64,000 nucleotides of DNA from positions 1-64,000 of the IMG/VR virus record IMGVR_UViG_3300048670_001593. One strand, given 5' to 3'. Positions 1 through 7,777 of this stretch are shown here, in pieces. How positions within the stretch are numbered: the stretch's first letter is position 1; each line of letters opens with the position of its first letter. The stretch comes from a virus (taxonomy: Duplodnaviria; Caudoviricetes). The notes under the pieces were generated by a model. It was given only the letters and a program-made list of their open reading frames with translations, was not told the DNA's origin and searched no databases. The position numbers and the translations under genes were made by a program.

Positions 1-2
1 CT

Positions 3-1013
3 CCACCCCCGCCACCTCCTCCACCTCCTCCACCCCCGCCAGCAGCCGCATATCAATTAAGCAACACTGTGGCATCGGTCAACGAAGGTGGAGTGGTGAT
101 GTTTACATTGGTGGCTCAAAATGTCTCTGATGGAACGCGAGTGCCTTATACCATATCAGGCTCTGGAATCACCTCTAATGATTTCGATTCTATGCAAGTA
201 AATGGATCCAGCATATCCACAGCCTTGACTGGCAATTTCATTATTCAGAATGGTGTTTCTACTCTGAGAGTGGTGGTTGCCGCTGATCGCGCCACAGAAG
301 GAGCAGAAACATTTACAGTAAGTTTGGATAATGGTCAGAGTGCCGTCAGCGTGACTGTCAATGACACATCAAATGAATCTCCCAAAGTATATGGGTCACC
401 TGGGACATATACCTTTACCGTACCTGCATATACTACATCTTTGCAAGTGGAAGTCTGGGGTGGCGGTGGCGCTGGTGGAAAGGTGGGACCAAATACTGGT
501 GGTGCCAATGGTACCAATGGTGGTGCATCATCTGCATTTGGAATAACTGCAGGTGGGGGCACAGGGGGCACTGGCGGCGTTGCATATAGAACGGTATACC
601 CAAGCGGTGCTGGTGGAACGGCAACTGGAGGAAATCAAGTCAATACCTCAGGTACGACCCCACCAAATCCAACTTCAGCGAGCTTCACACCTCCAGGGGG
701 CACTGCACCGTATGGTGGACTGGGGGGGCCAGGAGCGACCGGCGTAAATTGGAGAAATGGATTATACGGAGTATTCTCCGGCGGACCGGGGCAGGCCCCT
801 GGTGGCGGTGGTGGTGGGTCAGTATCCGATAATGGAAGAGGATGGTGGAACTATGGCGGTGCTGGTGGCAGTGGAGCGTATGGTAAATCAGTTTTTGCAG
901 TGGGTGCTCTCACTCCAGGCGCCACTCAGACCATCACAGTTGGGGCCGGGGGAGTGTTGGCGGATTGGGGCGCAACTGGCGGCAATGGCAGAGTAATAAT
1001 TACCTGGTCTTAG
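3..1013 (+). CDS. 5'-truncated Gly-rich tail fibre/adhesin-like protein with poly-Pro linker and Calx-beta-like domain
   Basis: The frame is open from the window edge (13 Pro codons at 3-41, then AAAYQLSNT), so the track start at 69 is internal. 'SVNEGG..FT..TEGAETFTVSLD' resembles Calx-beta/Ig-like repeats. The C-terminal 'PGTYTFTVP..VEVWGGGGAG..GNGRVIITW' is typical of Gly-rich phage tail proteins. Confidence 0.6.
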   Translation, partial: PPPPPPPPPPPPPAAAYQLSNTVASVNEGGVVMFTLVAQNVSDGTRVPYTISGSGITSNDFDSMQVNGSSISTALTGNFIIQNGVSTLRVVVAADRATEGAETFTVSLDNGQSAVSVTVNDTSNESPKVYGSPGTYTFTVPAYTTSLQVEVWGGGGAGGKVGPNTGGANGTNGGASSAFGITAGGGTGGTGGVAYRTVYPSGAGGTATGGNQVNTSGTTPPNPTSASFTPPGGTAPYGGLGGPGATGVNWRNGLYGVFSGGPGQAPGGGGGGSVSDNGRGWWNYGGAGGSGAYGKSVFAVGALTPGATQTITVGAGGVLADWGATGGNGRVIITWS

Positions 1014-1078
1014 AAATGGGTTTACTTGATCACATCAACCATCTTGTCATCAGCTTGATGTTGTTGCCATCAGAGAAT

Positions 1079-1086
1079 TATAAGTA
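1079..1086 (+). promoter_or_regulatory. possible T4-type late promoter variant (TATAAGTA)
   Basis: One mismatch to TATAAATA, about 20 nt upstream of the 1108 start. Confidence 0.4.
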
Positions 1087-1107
1087 ATTTACAAACTGGA
1101 AAATTCA

Positions 1108-1920
1108 ATGAAAAAACTGCTGTTTATTCTTTCAATCTTATTATCAACACCAGTGTGGGCCTGGAATCAGACTCCGCCCAGACCTCTGGATGCCTGCCGG
1201 ACAGATGCGCCCTACGGTTTTCCACAGGGACGCCAGGGTTACGCCGAATGCCGACTGGCCTATGCCACGCTGAATGACACTCAGGCCAAATTGCCTGTCT
1301 GGACTGTATACACACTGACCCCCACCGAGGCCCTGGGGTGCTTGCCCAGAACCAACGCATTTGTGGCAGATGCCAGTATCCCCCGAGGTCAGCGAGCAGA
1401 GCCCGGCGATTACACCGGCACTGGCTACGATCGAGGCCACGTGGCCCCCGACGGCGATATGAGTTTTGATCCACAGGTGGAATATGAAAGTTTTCTGATG
1501 ACCAATATGATGCCACAACTGGGCGGATTGAATCGTGGCATCTGGAAATTGTTGGAAACCACCATTCGTGGCTGGGTGGTGCAGCGCCAACAGAGTTACA
1601 CTATCTATGCTGGTCCCATATACGGTGCTGGCGATCCCACCATCGGTGCCAATCGTGTGACAGTGCCACACGCATTTTATAAAATTGTCATCAACACGGC
1701 CACCGGAGAAACCCTGGGCTGGGTGTTTCCTCAGGCTGGTAATCTGGGCAATGATCTGACCCGATTCCGCGCACCCATCAGCAACATACAACAGCAGACC
1801 GGTCTGCGTTTTGGTTTTCCTGGCAATGTCAGAGAAATACCACCCGGCACAGAATGGCCTGTGGACTTTGGCCAGCTGACCAATGCCAAACGATCCCGCT
1901 GCGGTCGCACCAGTGAATAA
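1108..1920 (+). CDS. secreted DNA/RNA non-specific endonuclease (NucA/EndA family)
   Basis: Signal peptide MKKLLFILSILLSTPVWA; DRGH active-site motif; 'TNMMPQ..LNRGIW'; 'VPHAFYKIV'. Confidence 0.9.
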   Translation: MKKLLFILSILLSTPVWAWNQTPPRPLDACRTDAPYGFPQGRQGYAECRLAYATLNDTQAKLPVWTVYTLTPTEALGCLPRTNAFVADASIPRGQRAEPGDYTGTGYDRGHVAPDGDMSFDPQVEYESFLMTNMMPQLGGLNRGIWKLLETTIRGWVVQRQQSYTIYAGPIYGAGDPTIGANRVTVPHAFYKIVINTATGETLGWVFPQAGNLGNDLTRFRAPISNIQQQTGLRFGFPGNVREIPPGTEWPVDFGQLTNAKRSRCGRTSE

Positions 1921-1923
1921 TTG

Positions 1924-1952
1924 TTGACAACGCCGGCGATTTCCAGTATAAT
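1924..1952 (+). promoter_or_regulatory. sigma70 promoter
   Basis: Perfect TTGACA-17-TATAAT. Confidence 0.85.
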
Positions 1953-1958
1953 GGCTGT

Positions 1959-2495
1959 ATGAAAATACTAGAAATTGCCCAACCCAAAGCCACCGCCCAG
2001 AGCACCATCTATGTGGATATGGATGGAGTTCTAGTGGATCTGTTCAACCACGTGGGAGAAATTCACGACGTCGATCACTACAATGATATGACCAAATCTC
2101 AGTGGGACGAGTTTTTCCAGTCCACCAATGCCTATGAGTTGTTCAGAGATTTACCAGCATTTGCCACTGCCAACGCACTGCTAAAAATTGTTCAACAATA
2201 TGCCGGTGGTTATACCATTCTCAGCAGTCCCCTGAACTTTGACCGGGCCGGCAGTATTCAGGGCAAACAGGAATGGCTAACCAATCACATCACTGTGCCG
2301 GCAGATGCCTGGGTGTTTGAACACGACAAATACAAGTATGCCACCAACAATGGCGTTCCCAACATTCTGATCGACGATTGGGGCGTCAATATTGAAAAAT
2401 GGCGAGCTGCCGGAGGCATTGGCATCAAGTTTCAGAGTGACGAAGACACGCTGAACGTTCTGAAACATCAGCTGGATCTGGCCTACCAGAAGTAA
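1959..2495 (+). CDS. HAD-family 5'(3')-deoxyribonucleotidase (NT5C-like)
   Basis: DMDGVLVD motif I, LSSP motif II, 'ILIDDW' motif IV. Confidence 0.85.
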   Translation: MKILEIAQPKATAQSTIYVDMDGVLVDLFNHVGEIHDVDHYNDMTKSQWDEFFQSTNAYELFRDLPAFATANALLKIVQQYAGGYTILSSPLNFDRAGSIQGKQEWLTNHITVPADAWVFEHDKYKYATNNGVPNILIDDWGVNIEKWRAAGGIGIKFQSDEDTLNVLKHQLDLAYQK

Positions 2496-2507
2496 CCCCG
2501 CATAGTG

Positions 2508-2515
2508 TATAAATA
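2508..2515 (+). promoter_or_regulatory. T4-type late promoter TATAAATA
   Basis: Exact consensus, flanked by an 8-bp inverted repeat (catagtgt 2501-2508 / acactatg 2515-2522). Confidence 0.7.
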
Positions 2516-2563
2516 CACTATGAATTCTGATATCCCCACAATTGTCTCTGGTGTTCTGGAAAA

Positions 2564-3259
2564 ATGAGAACACAAGACCTATTCCGACAAAACATAGCCT
2601 ATCACGACCAGCTGAATCCTGATGTCTGGTCAGGCCATCAGATCAGAACAGAAGTCAGATATCGCCTGCTGCAGATAGCTCAGGTGTTTATGGAATATCT
2701 GGAAGTGCCGGACTTTAAATTGCTGGATGTTGTGCTCAGAGGCAGCCTGGCCAATTACAATTACACCCCATACAGTGACTTTGATCTGCACCTGATCACC
2801 AATTACGCAGATTTAAATTGTGACATTGCCGAAGCATTCTATCGTGCCAAAAAGACCCTGTGGAACAGTGAGCACGACATTCTGATACGTGGCCACGAAG
2901 TTGAAGTCTATGTGGAAGATGTTCAGGCGCAGGCCATCAGTGAAGGCACCTACAGTCTACTGGACGATCAGTGGCTGCGTCGGCCTACCCACCGACCACC
3001 TCGCATACGCAGTCGAGCAGTGGTGGCCAAGGCACAGGATCTCATGAGACAAATTGATCAGGAAATTGCCGATGGTAATGTGTCAGATCTGGAAAGACTT
3101 CAGTTAAAAATTAAAAATATGCGTAAAAGTGGTCTGACACGAGGCGGGGAATTCAGCACTGAAAATCTGGCATTTAAAATACTACGCAACCAGGGCTACA
3201 TTGACCGTCTGTATCAGGCACAAGCCCAAGCTCAGGATCAGAATCTCAGTCTGCCATGA
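2564..3259 (+). CDS. Pol-beta-superfamily nucleotidyltransferase
   Basis: GS..(x)..SDFDLH (hG[GS]x9-13DhD) motif plus a third acidic strand 'HEVEVYVED'. Confidence 0.75.
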   Translation: MRTQDLFRQNIAYHDQLNPDVWSGHQIRTEVRYRLLQIAQVFMEYLEVPDFKLLDVVLRGSLANYNYTPYSDFDLHLITNYADLNCDIAEAFYRAKKTLWNSEHDILIRGHEVEVYVEDVQAQAISEGTYSLLDDQWLRRPTHRPPRIRSRAVVAKAQDLMRQIDQEIADGNVSDLERLQLKIKNMRKSGLTRGGEFSTENLAFKILRNQGYIDRLYQAQAQAQDQNLSLP

Positions 3260-3328
3260 GTATTGACAGGAACCACCCATCTCAAATGACAACTCCGGAA
3301 CTTATCACTGAAAGAGAGAACAATTGAC

Positions 3329-4228
3329 ATGCGCATCTGGGAATTTTTAATCGAGCAGACACTCACAGAAGGCGCCACAGACATATTGTATCACTACGCA
3401 CCTGTGGGAGCTGCCCTGGAGATTCTGAAGTCTGGTGAGTTTGGATTCAGTCTGCTCAAAGGTGCTGATCGCAAAAACATGCCAGAAGGTTATGATTTTT
3501 TCTTCAGCACCACCCGCAGTCGTGTGGGCGATTATCACAGAACCACCGGCAACATTGCGGTGATGTTTGTGCTGGATGGTCGGGCCATAGCGCAGCGTTA
3601 TCGAGTGGTGCCTGTGGACTACTGGGAACAGACCTGGTTGGACACCCACGGTCACCGCACCCGAGAAAGCGAAGACCGCATACTCAGTCGCGAGCCCACC
3701 ATGAGCATTGGCTATGCCAGAGAAATACACATCTTGGTACAAGATTACCATAACGAAAATCACACCCCCGCACGTATCCGAACCTTGATCGATCTGGCCA
3801 ACCAACGAGGTATCCCACACTGGACTTATCTCAACCCCACTGCCTGGAGACTACAAGATCGTCGCCGTGCTCTGACGCCCGAACACGAACAGGCATATTT
3901 CCAGGGTCAACTACCACCAGAAAAGGACTACACTGGCACACAGTGGGAACCCACCGACTATGTCAGACCCTGGATAGAACTACTGGACTTTGATACTGAT
4001 CAGCGCAGTCAACTGGGCAACCGAGCACAGTATCTGTTGCGTCAATTGAACTATGGAACCCATCGAGGCGATGATCATGGTCTGTCATCAGATCTGAGCA
4101 ATTCCGGCAAACCCGGCAGCACAGGGCGTGAAAGTGTGGTCAGACTGGTGAAGTTTATGCGTGCCCGGGGCATGAGTATTCCAGACTTTGTGGAATATCT
4201 GCGCCAGAAATGGGAAAGATCAACTTAA
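3329..4228 (+). CDS. putative ADP-ribosyltransferase-fold protein with internal-protein-like N-terminus
   Basis: LYHY ... FFSTTRS ... ESEDRI fits the H/R-S-ExE ART layout; the N-terminus is MRIWEFLIE..LTE. Confidence 0.5.
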   Translation: MRIWEFLIEQTLTEGATDILYHYAPVGAALEILKSGEFGFSLLKGADRKNMPEGYDFFFSTTRSRVGDYHRTTGNIAVMFVLDGRAIAQRYRVVPVDYWEQTWLDTHGHRTRESEDRILSREPTMSIGYAREIHILVQDYHNENHTPARIRTLIDLANQRGIPHWTYLNPTAWRLQDRRRALTPEHEQAYFQGQLPPEKDYTGTQWEPTDYVRPWIELLDFDTDQRSQLGNRAQYLLRQLNYGTHRGDDHGLSSDLSNSGKPGSTGRESVVRLVKFMRARGMSIPDFVEYLRQKWERST

Positions 4229-4242
4229 CAAGGGGAAACATA

Positions 4243-4647
4243 ATGTTTAGCAAGAAAATAATTTGTTTGACGTTGGTTATGAGCTCGGTATTAACTTCGC
4301 TCTCAGCCACTGCTGCAGATGCACCGCCATACACAGTGACAGACGGCTATAAGGTGGATGCTGCTACCATGACAGGTTTCAGAGTCTGGCGCGAAGCCAA
4401 CTGTGCAGCTTGCCACGGGGCAGATCAACAGGGGCAAGTGGGCCCCAGTCTGATTGACAGTCTTAAGGTTCTAAGCAAGGCAGAATTTGTTAATACTGTG
4501 ACCAATGGTAGGTTGGCTCAGGGCATGCCTGCTTGGAACACCAATAAGCGAGTCATGGACAACATAGACAGTCTGTATGCTTATCTCAAAGGTCGTAGCG
4601 ACGGTGCCATAACCCGCACCAAACCCGAATTAATGCAACAACAGTAG
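4243..4647 (+). CDS. periplasmic cytochrome c, XoxG-like (partner of XoxF)
   Basis: RBS AGGGGA at 4231 supports the ATG at 4243. Signal peptide, CAACH haem motif, Met ligand in 'GMPAW'. 'YKVDAATM.GFR.W..' and 'LYAYLKGRSDG' resemble, from memory, the cytochrome encoded beside xoxF5 in Burkholderiales. Confidence 0.8.
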   Translation: MFSKKIICLTLVMSSVLTSLSATAADAPPYTVTDGYKVDAATMTGFRVWREANCAACHGADQQGQVGPSLIDSLKVLSKAEFVNTVTNGRLAQGMPAWNTNKRVMDNIDSLYAYLKGRSDGAITRTKPELMQQQ

Positions 4648-4664
4648 AAATTCAGGACAGGACT

Positions 4665-4707
4665 ATTGCTGCTACACTATTGATCTTGATGTAAGTGTAG
4701 CAGCAAT
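4665..4707. terminator. probable bidirectional terminator hairpin
   Basis: Perfect 14-bp inverted repeat attgctgctacact / agtgtagcagcaat between convergent genes. Confidence 0.7.
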
Positions 4708-4714
4708 TTCTATA

Positions 4715-5176
4715 CTAAGTTTTTTGTTTTTTGCTGGCAGCTACTGCCCAGTTACCGCGCAGGGCAAAATACAATCCACCGGCCCATAAACTGAAATGCA
4801 GATAATCAGTCAGAATAAAGTTGATCAAACTTTGGGGTTTAATCACAGTCCAGATCACTCCAGTGGCAATACAACACATGACAATGCCACTGAACCGAGT
4901 AACCATATCTCCCAGCACAGCCAATATGTGAATGTCTCGGATACGAGGTATGGTAGCCAACCCACCCACCAGTAGCCCGATGCCAGCTGCCAGTTCCCCG
5001 TAGCTGACAAACCACCACACCAGAGGCGGTAGGCCAAATGCTGCGCCCATGGCAGGGTTAAAGGGCATTTTAGACAATGCCTGACCTATAAACACCAGAG
5101 ACAATGGTATTCTAAGCAGAAGATGACTCAAACCCAGATCTGGCAATCGATGCCAATAATTTTCTAGTTTGGACAT
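4715..5176 (-). CDS. DoxX-family membrane protein
   Basis: Four hydrophobic segments; 'LLLRIPLS.VF....SK' and 'ELAAGIGLLVG' pattern. Confidence 0.7.
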   Translation of the reverse strand: MSKLENYWHRLPDLGLSHLLLRIPLSLVFIGQALSKMPFNPAMGAAFGLPPLVWWFVSYGELAAGIGLLVGGLATIPRIRDIHILAVLGDMVTRFSGIVMCCIATGVIWTVIKPQSLINFILTDYLHFSLWAGGLYFALRGNWAVAASKKQKT

Positions 5177-5183
5177 GATGATT

Positions 5184-5483
5184 TTACTTTAATGTGGCAA
5201 TATAAGCAGCTAGGTTGGCCATGTCTGCAGTGGAAAGTTGACCAGCTTGGGCCCACATCAGGGCGCTTTGTGGTCCACGTTGCTCTTTATTCTTGTAAGC
5301 TGTAAGCTTCTGCACAATCGCTTCAGGCTTTTGGCCCTGCAATTTGGGTCCTATCATGCCCTGTCCCTGTGCACCGTGACAGGCAGCACACACCGCAAAC
5401 TTGGTTTTTCCAGCAGCAACGTCTGCAGCCTGACCGAATACAGGTAGACCACACAATACCGCAGTTAGAATCATTTTTTTCAT
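5184..5483 (-). CDS. single-domain class I cytochrome c (c553/c4-like)
   Basis: RBS CAGGAG supports the ATG at 5483. Signal peptide, 'GKTKFAVCAACHG', 'GPKLQGQ', Met ligand in 'LMWAQA'. Confidence 0.9.
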   Translation of the reverse strand: MKKMILTAVLCGLPVFGQAADVAAGKTKFAVCAACHGAQGQGMIGPKLQGQKPEAIVQKLTAYKNKEQRGPQSALMWAQAGQLSTADMANLAAYIATLK

Positions 5484-5496
5484 GGAAAGGCTCCTG

Positions 5497-5652
5497 TTAA
5501 AATATAACATATTTAGTGGCAGCCACTGTGACAACAATAAAAATTGTCGCGAGGCTCAACGCTGCACCTGCCAGTGGCAGTATAAAATACAGATGGCTTG
5601 GGTGGAAATTATTGACCGGTAGCCAACGATTGGGCAATGTCTGTGATTTCAT
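5497..5652 (-). CDS. 51-aa membrane protein (not in ORF track)
   Basis: MKSQTLPNRWLPVNNFHPSHLYFILPLAGAALSLATIFIVVTVAATKYVIF. RBS AAGGA upstream; its TAA abuts the RBS of the cytochrome c gene. Confidence 0.6.
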   Translation of the reverse strand: MKSQTLPNRWLPVNNFHPSHLYFILPLAGAALSLATIFIVVTVAATKYVIF

Positions 5653-5676
5653 AATAGTCCTTGAATGGTTATTGAT

Positions 5677-5715
5677 AAAAAAATAAAGATAGGCTGGAAA
5701 TACTCCAGCCTATCT
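5677..5715 (-). terminator. Rho-independent terminator of xoxF
   Basis: 12-bp stem agataggctgga / tccagcctatct with a 5-nt loop, followed on the minus strand by TTATTTTTTT. Confidence 0.8.
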
Positions 5716-5741
5716 GACTACATTACATCAACTGCTGTTGC

Positions 5742-7553
5742 TTAATTGCTCAGTGCAAACACCATCAGGGTGCCACCCAGATCGCCGTACCGGGCGAGTT
5801 CCTTGTAGCCACCCACAGCGCCCAGACCGTCGCTGTCCTTCTCCAGGCCAGCAGCCATGCCGATACCGGCCCAGCCACCGATGCCGGTCAGAACGCCGAC
5901 GTACTGCTTGCCTTGGAATTCCCAGCTGTGAACGTTACCGATCACGCCCGACGGGAGCTTCGGCGAGGTCCAGACAACCTTACCAGCCTTGATGTCAACA
6001 GCCTTCAGACGGGCGTCCAGCGTGCCGTAGAAAGCCAGACCCGAAGCGGTGGTCAGAGCGCCCGACCAAACCGAGAACTTCTCGGGGATCGACCAAACGA
6101 TCTTGCCCTTGATCGGATCCCAACCGATGAAGTTGCCCATACCGCCGTGGCTGTTCGGAGCCGGGAACATGGCCAGGGTTGCGCCAACGTACGGTTGACC
6201 AGCGGTGTACTCGACACGGAACGGCTCGTAGTCCATACACACGTGGTTGGTCGGGACCAGGAACAGACCCGAGATGGGATCGTAAGCCGCCGGCTGTTGA
6301 TCCTTGGTACCCAGAGCTGCTGGGCAGATGCCCTTGGAGTTGACGTCTTCACCGTTCTGGTGGGTCGAGTACTTGGCTACCACTTGCGGGCGACCAGTCT
6401 TCATGTCCACGTGGGTGGCCCAGTTCACGGCCGGATCGAACTTCTCAGCAACCAGCAGTTCGCCGGTCTTGCGATCCAGGGTGTAGCCGAAGCCGTTACG
6501 GTCGAAGTGAGCCAGCATCTTGCGCTCTTTGCCGTTCTTGTCCTTGCCTTCGAACAGCGGCACTTCGTTGATGCCGTCAAAGTCCCACTCGTCGTGCGGG
6601 GTCATTTGGTAGACCCAGTTGACCTTACCGCTGTCAACGTCACGCGACCACAGGCTCATCGACCACTTGTTGTCGCCCGGGCGTTGCTTCGGGTTCCAGG
6701 TCGACGGGTTGCCGTTGCCGTAGAACATTGCGTTCAGTTCCGGATCGTACGAGTACCAGCCCCAGGTGGTGCCGCCGCCGATCTTCCACTGATCGCCCTG
6801 CCAGGTCTTCAGCGAGCTGTCCTTGCCCACCGGGGCCATCCGGCCGTCGGTCCAGGTCATGGTGGTGTTGGGGTCCATCAGCATGTCGCTGTCCGGACCC
6901 ATGGAGTAACCCTTCCATGCCAGCTTGCCGTCCTTGAGATTGTAGGCAGCAACCCAACCGCGAACGCCGAATTCACCACCGGAGATACCGGTGAAGACCT
7001 TGTCCTTGAAGACGTGGGGGGCGTTGGTGTTGGTTTGGCCCAACTTGGGATCGCCGTTCTTGACTGACCAGACGCGCTTACCGGTCTTGGCATCCAGAGC
7101 CACCAGGGTGGTGTCAGCCTGTTGCAACAGGACCTTGCCGTCGCCGTAGGCCAGGCCACGGTTAACGGTGTCACAGCACATGACCGGAATCACGCTGGGG
7201 TCTTGCTTGGGCTCGTACTTCCACTTGATGGTTTGGTCAGCCAGGTTGATGGCGAAAACCTTGTTCGGGAAAGCCGAGTGAACGTACAGGGTGTCGCCAA
7301 TGACCAGCGGGCCGCCTTCGTGGCCGCGCAGAACGCCTGTGGAGAACGTCCAAGCCACTTGCAGCCGGTTCACGTTGCTCTTGTTGATCTGGGTCAACCG
7401 AGTGTGGCGGGTGTTCGAGAAATCGTGGGCGGGAGCTGCCCAGTTACCCGGAACATCCATGAGCTTGGCCAGATCTGCATTGGCCAGGCTGGCTGTGGGT
7501 GCTGCCATTGCTGCTGCTACTGCAATACTGCTAAACAATTTCTTCAATAACAT
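5742..7553 (-). CDS. xoxF: lanthanide-dependent PQQ methanol dehydrogenase, XoxF (probably clade 5, Burkholderiales-like)
   Basis: Signal peptide; vicinal 'MCCDTVNRG' disulfide; metal ligands E (GGEFG) and N (GNP); 'EWDFDG' with the extra Ln-binding Asp (MxaF has WDYAG); full-length 603 aa; RBS AAGGAG. Confidence 0.95.
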   Translation of the reverse strand: MLLKKLFSSIAVAAAMAAPTASLANADLAKLMDVPGNWAAPAHDFSNTRHTRLTQINKSNVNRLQVAWTFSTGVLRGHEGGPLVIGDTLYVHSAFPNKVFAINLADQTIKWKYEPKQDPSVIPVMCCDTVNRGLAYGDGKVLLQQADTTLVALDAKTGKRVWSVKNGDPKLGQTNTNAPHVFKDKVFTGISGGEFGVRGWVAAYNLKDGKLAWKGYSMGPDSDMLMDPNTTMTWTDGRMAPVGKDSSLKTWQGDQWKIGGGTTWGWYSYDPELNAMFYGNGNPSTWNPKQRPGDNKWSMSLWSRDVDSGKVNWVYQMTPHDEWDFDGINEVPLFEGKDKNGKERKMLAHFDRNGFGYTLDRKTGELLVAEKFDPAVNWATHVDMKTGRPQVVAKYSTHQNGEDVNSKGICPAALGTKDQQPAAYDPISGLFLVPTNHVCMDYEPFRVEYTAGQPYVGATLAMFPAPNSHGGMGNFIGWDPIKGKIVWSIPEKFSVWSGALTTASGLAFYGTLDARLKAVDIKAGKVVWTSPKLPSGVIGNVHSWEFQGKQYVGVLTGIGGWAGIGMAAGLEKDSDGLGAVGGYKELARYGDLGGTLMVFALSN

Positions 7554-7651
7554 TTACATCTCCTTGTGATGATAAAGTGCCGGTTGTCAGTGTGACCACA
7601 CTGGCCGCGGACCACAAGTTATTTGTACAGGGTTTGTCCTATACAAAATTA

Positions 7652-7679
7652 ATTATATACAGTCTAAATGATAGGTCAA
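7652..7679 (-). promoter_or_regulatory. sigma70 promoter for xoxF
   Basis: Minus strand TTGACC-16-TATAAT, about 100 nt upstream of the xoxF ATG. Confidence 0.6.
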
Positions 7680-7777
7680 GAAATTTTTTCAGATTTTTTA
7701 CAAAAAAACTCACACATAGGCCAACCTTGCCAGGCACAGTGAGTCAGACTAAATATACTATATTCTGAGTGAACATC

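Noticed and set aside
1-41. C-rich tandem repeat at the window start
   Set aside because: It simply encodes a poly-proline linker in the open frame of the tail-fibre-like gene.
5913-7067. 384-aa ORF antisense to xoxF (and similar long antisense ORFs at 24010-24852, 45155-45955, 48037-48825)
   Set aside because: Shadow frames of well-supported genes, expected with high GC3; no RBS or motifs.
5742-7553. Ca-dependent MxaF or a generic PQQ alcohol dehydrogenase
   Set aside because: WDFDG carries the extra Asp diagnostic of Ln enzymes; there is no mxaI, and the overall pattern matches XoxF.
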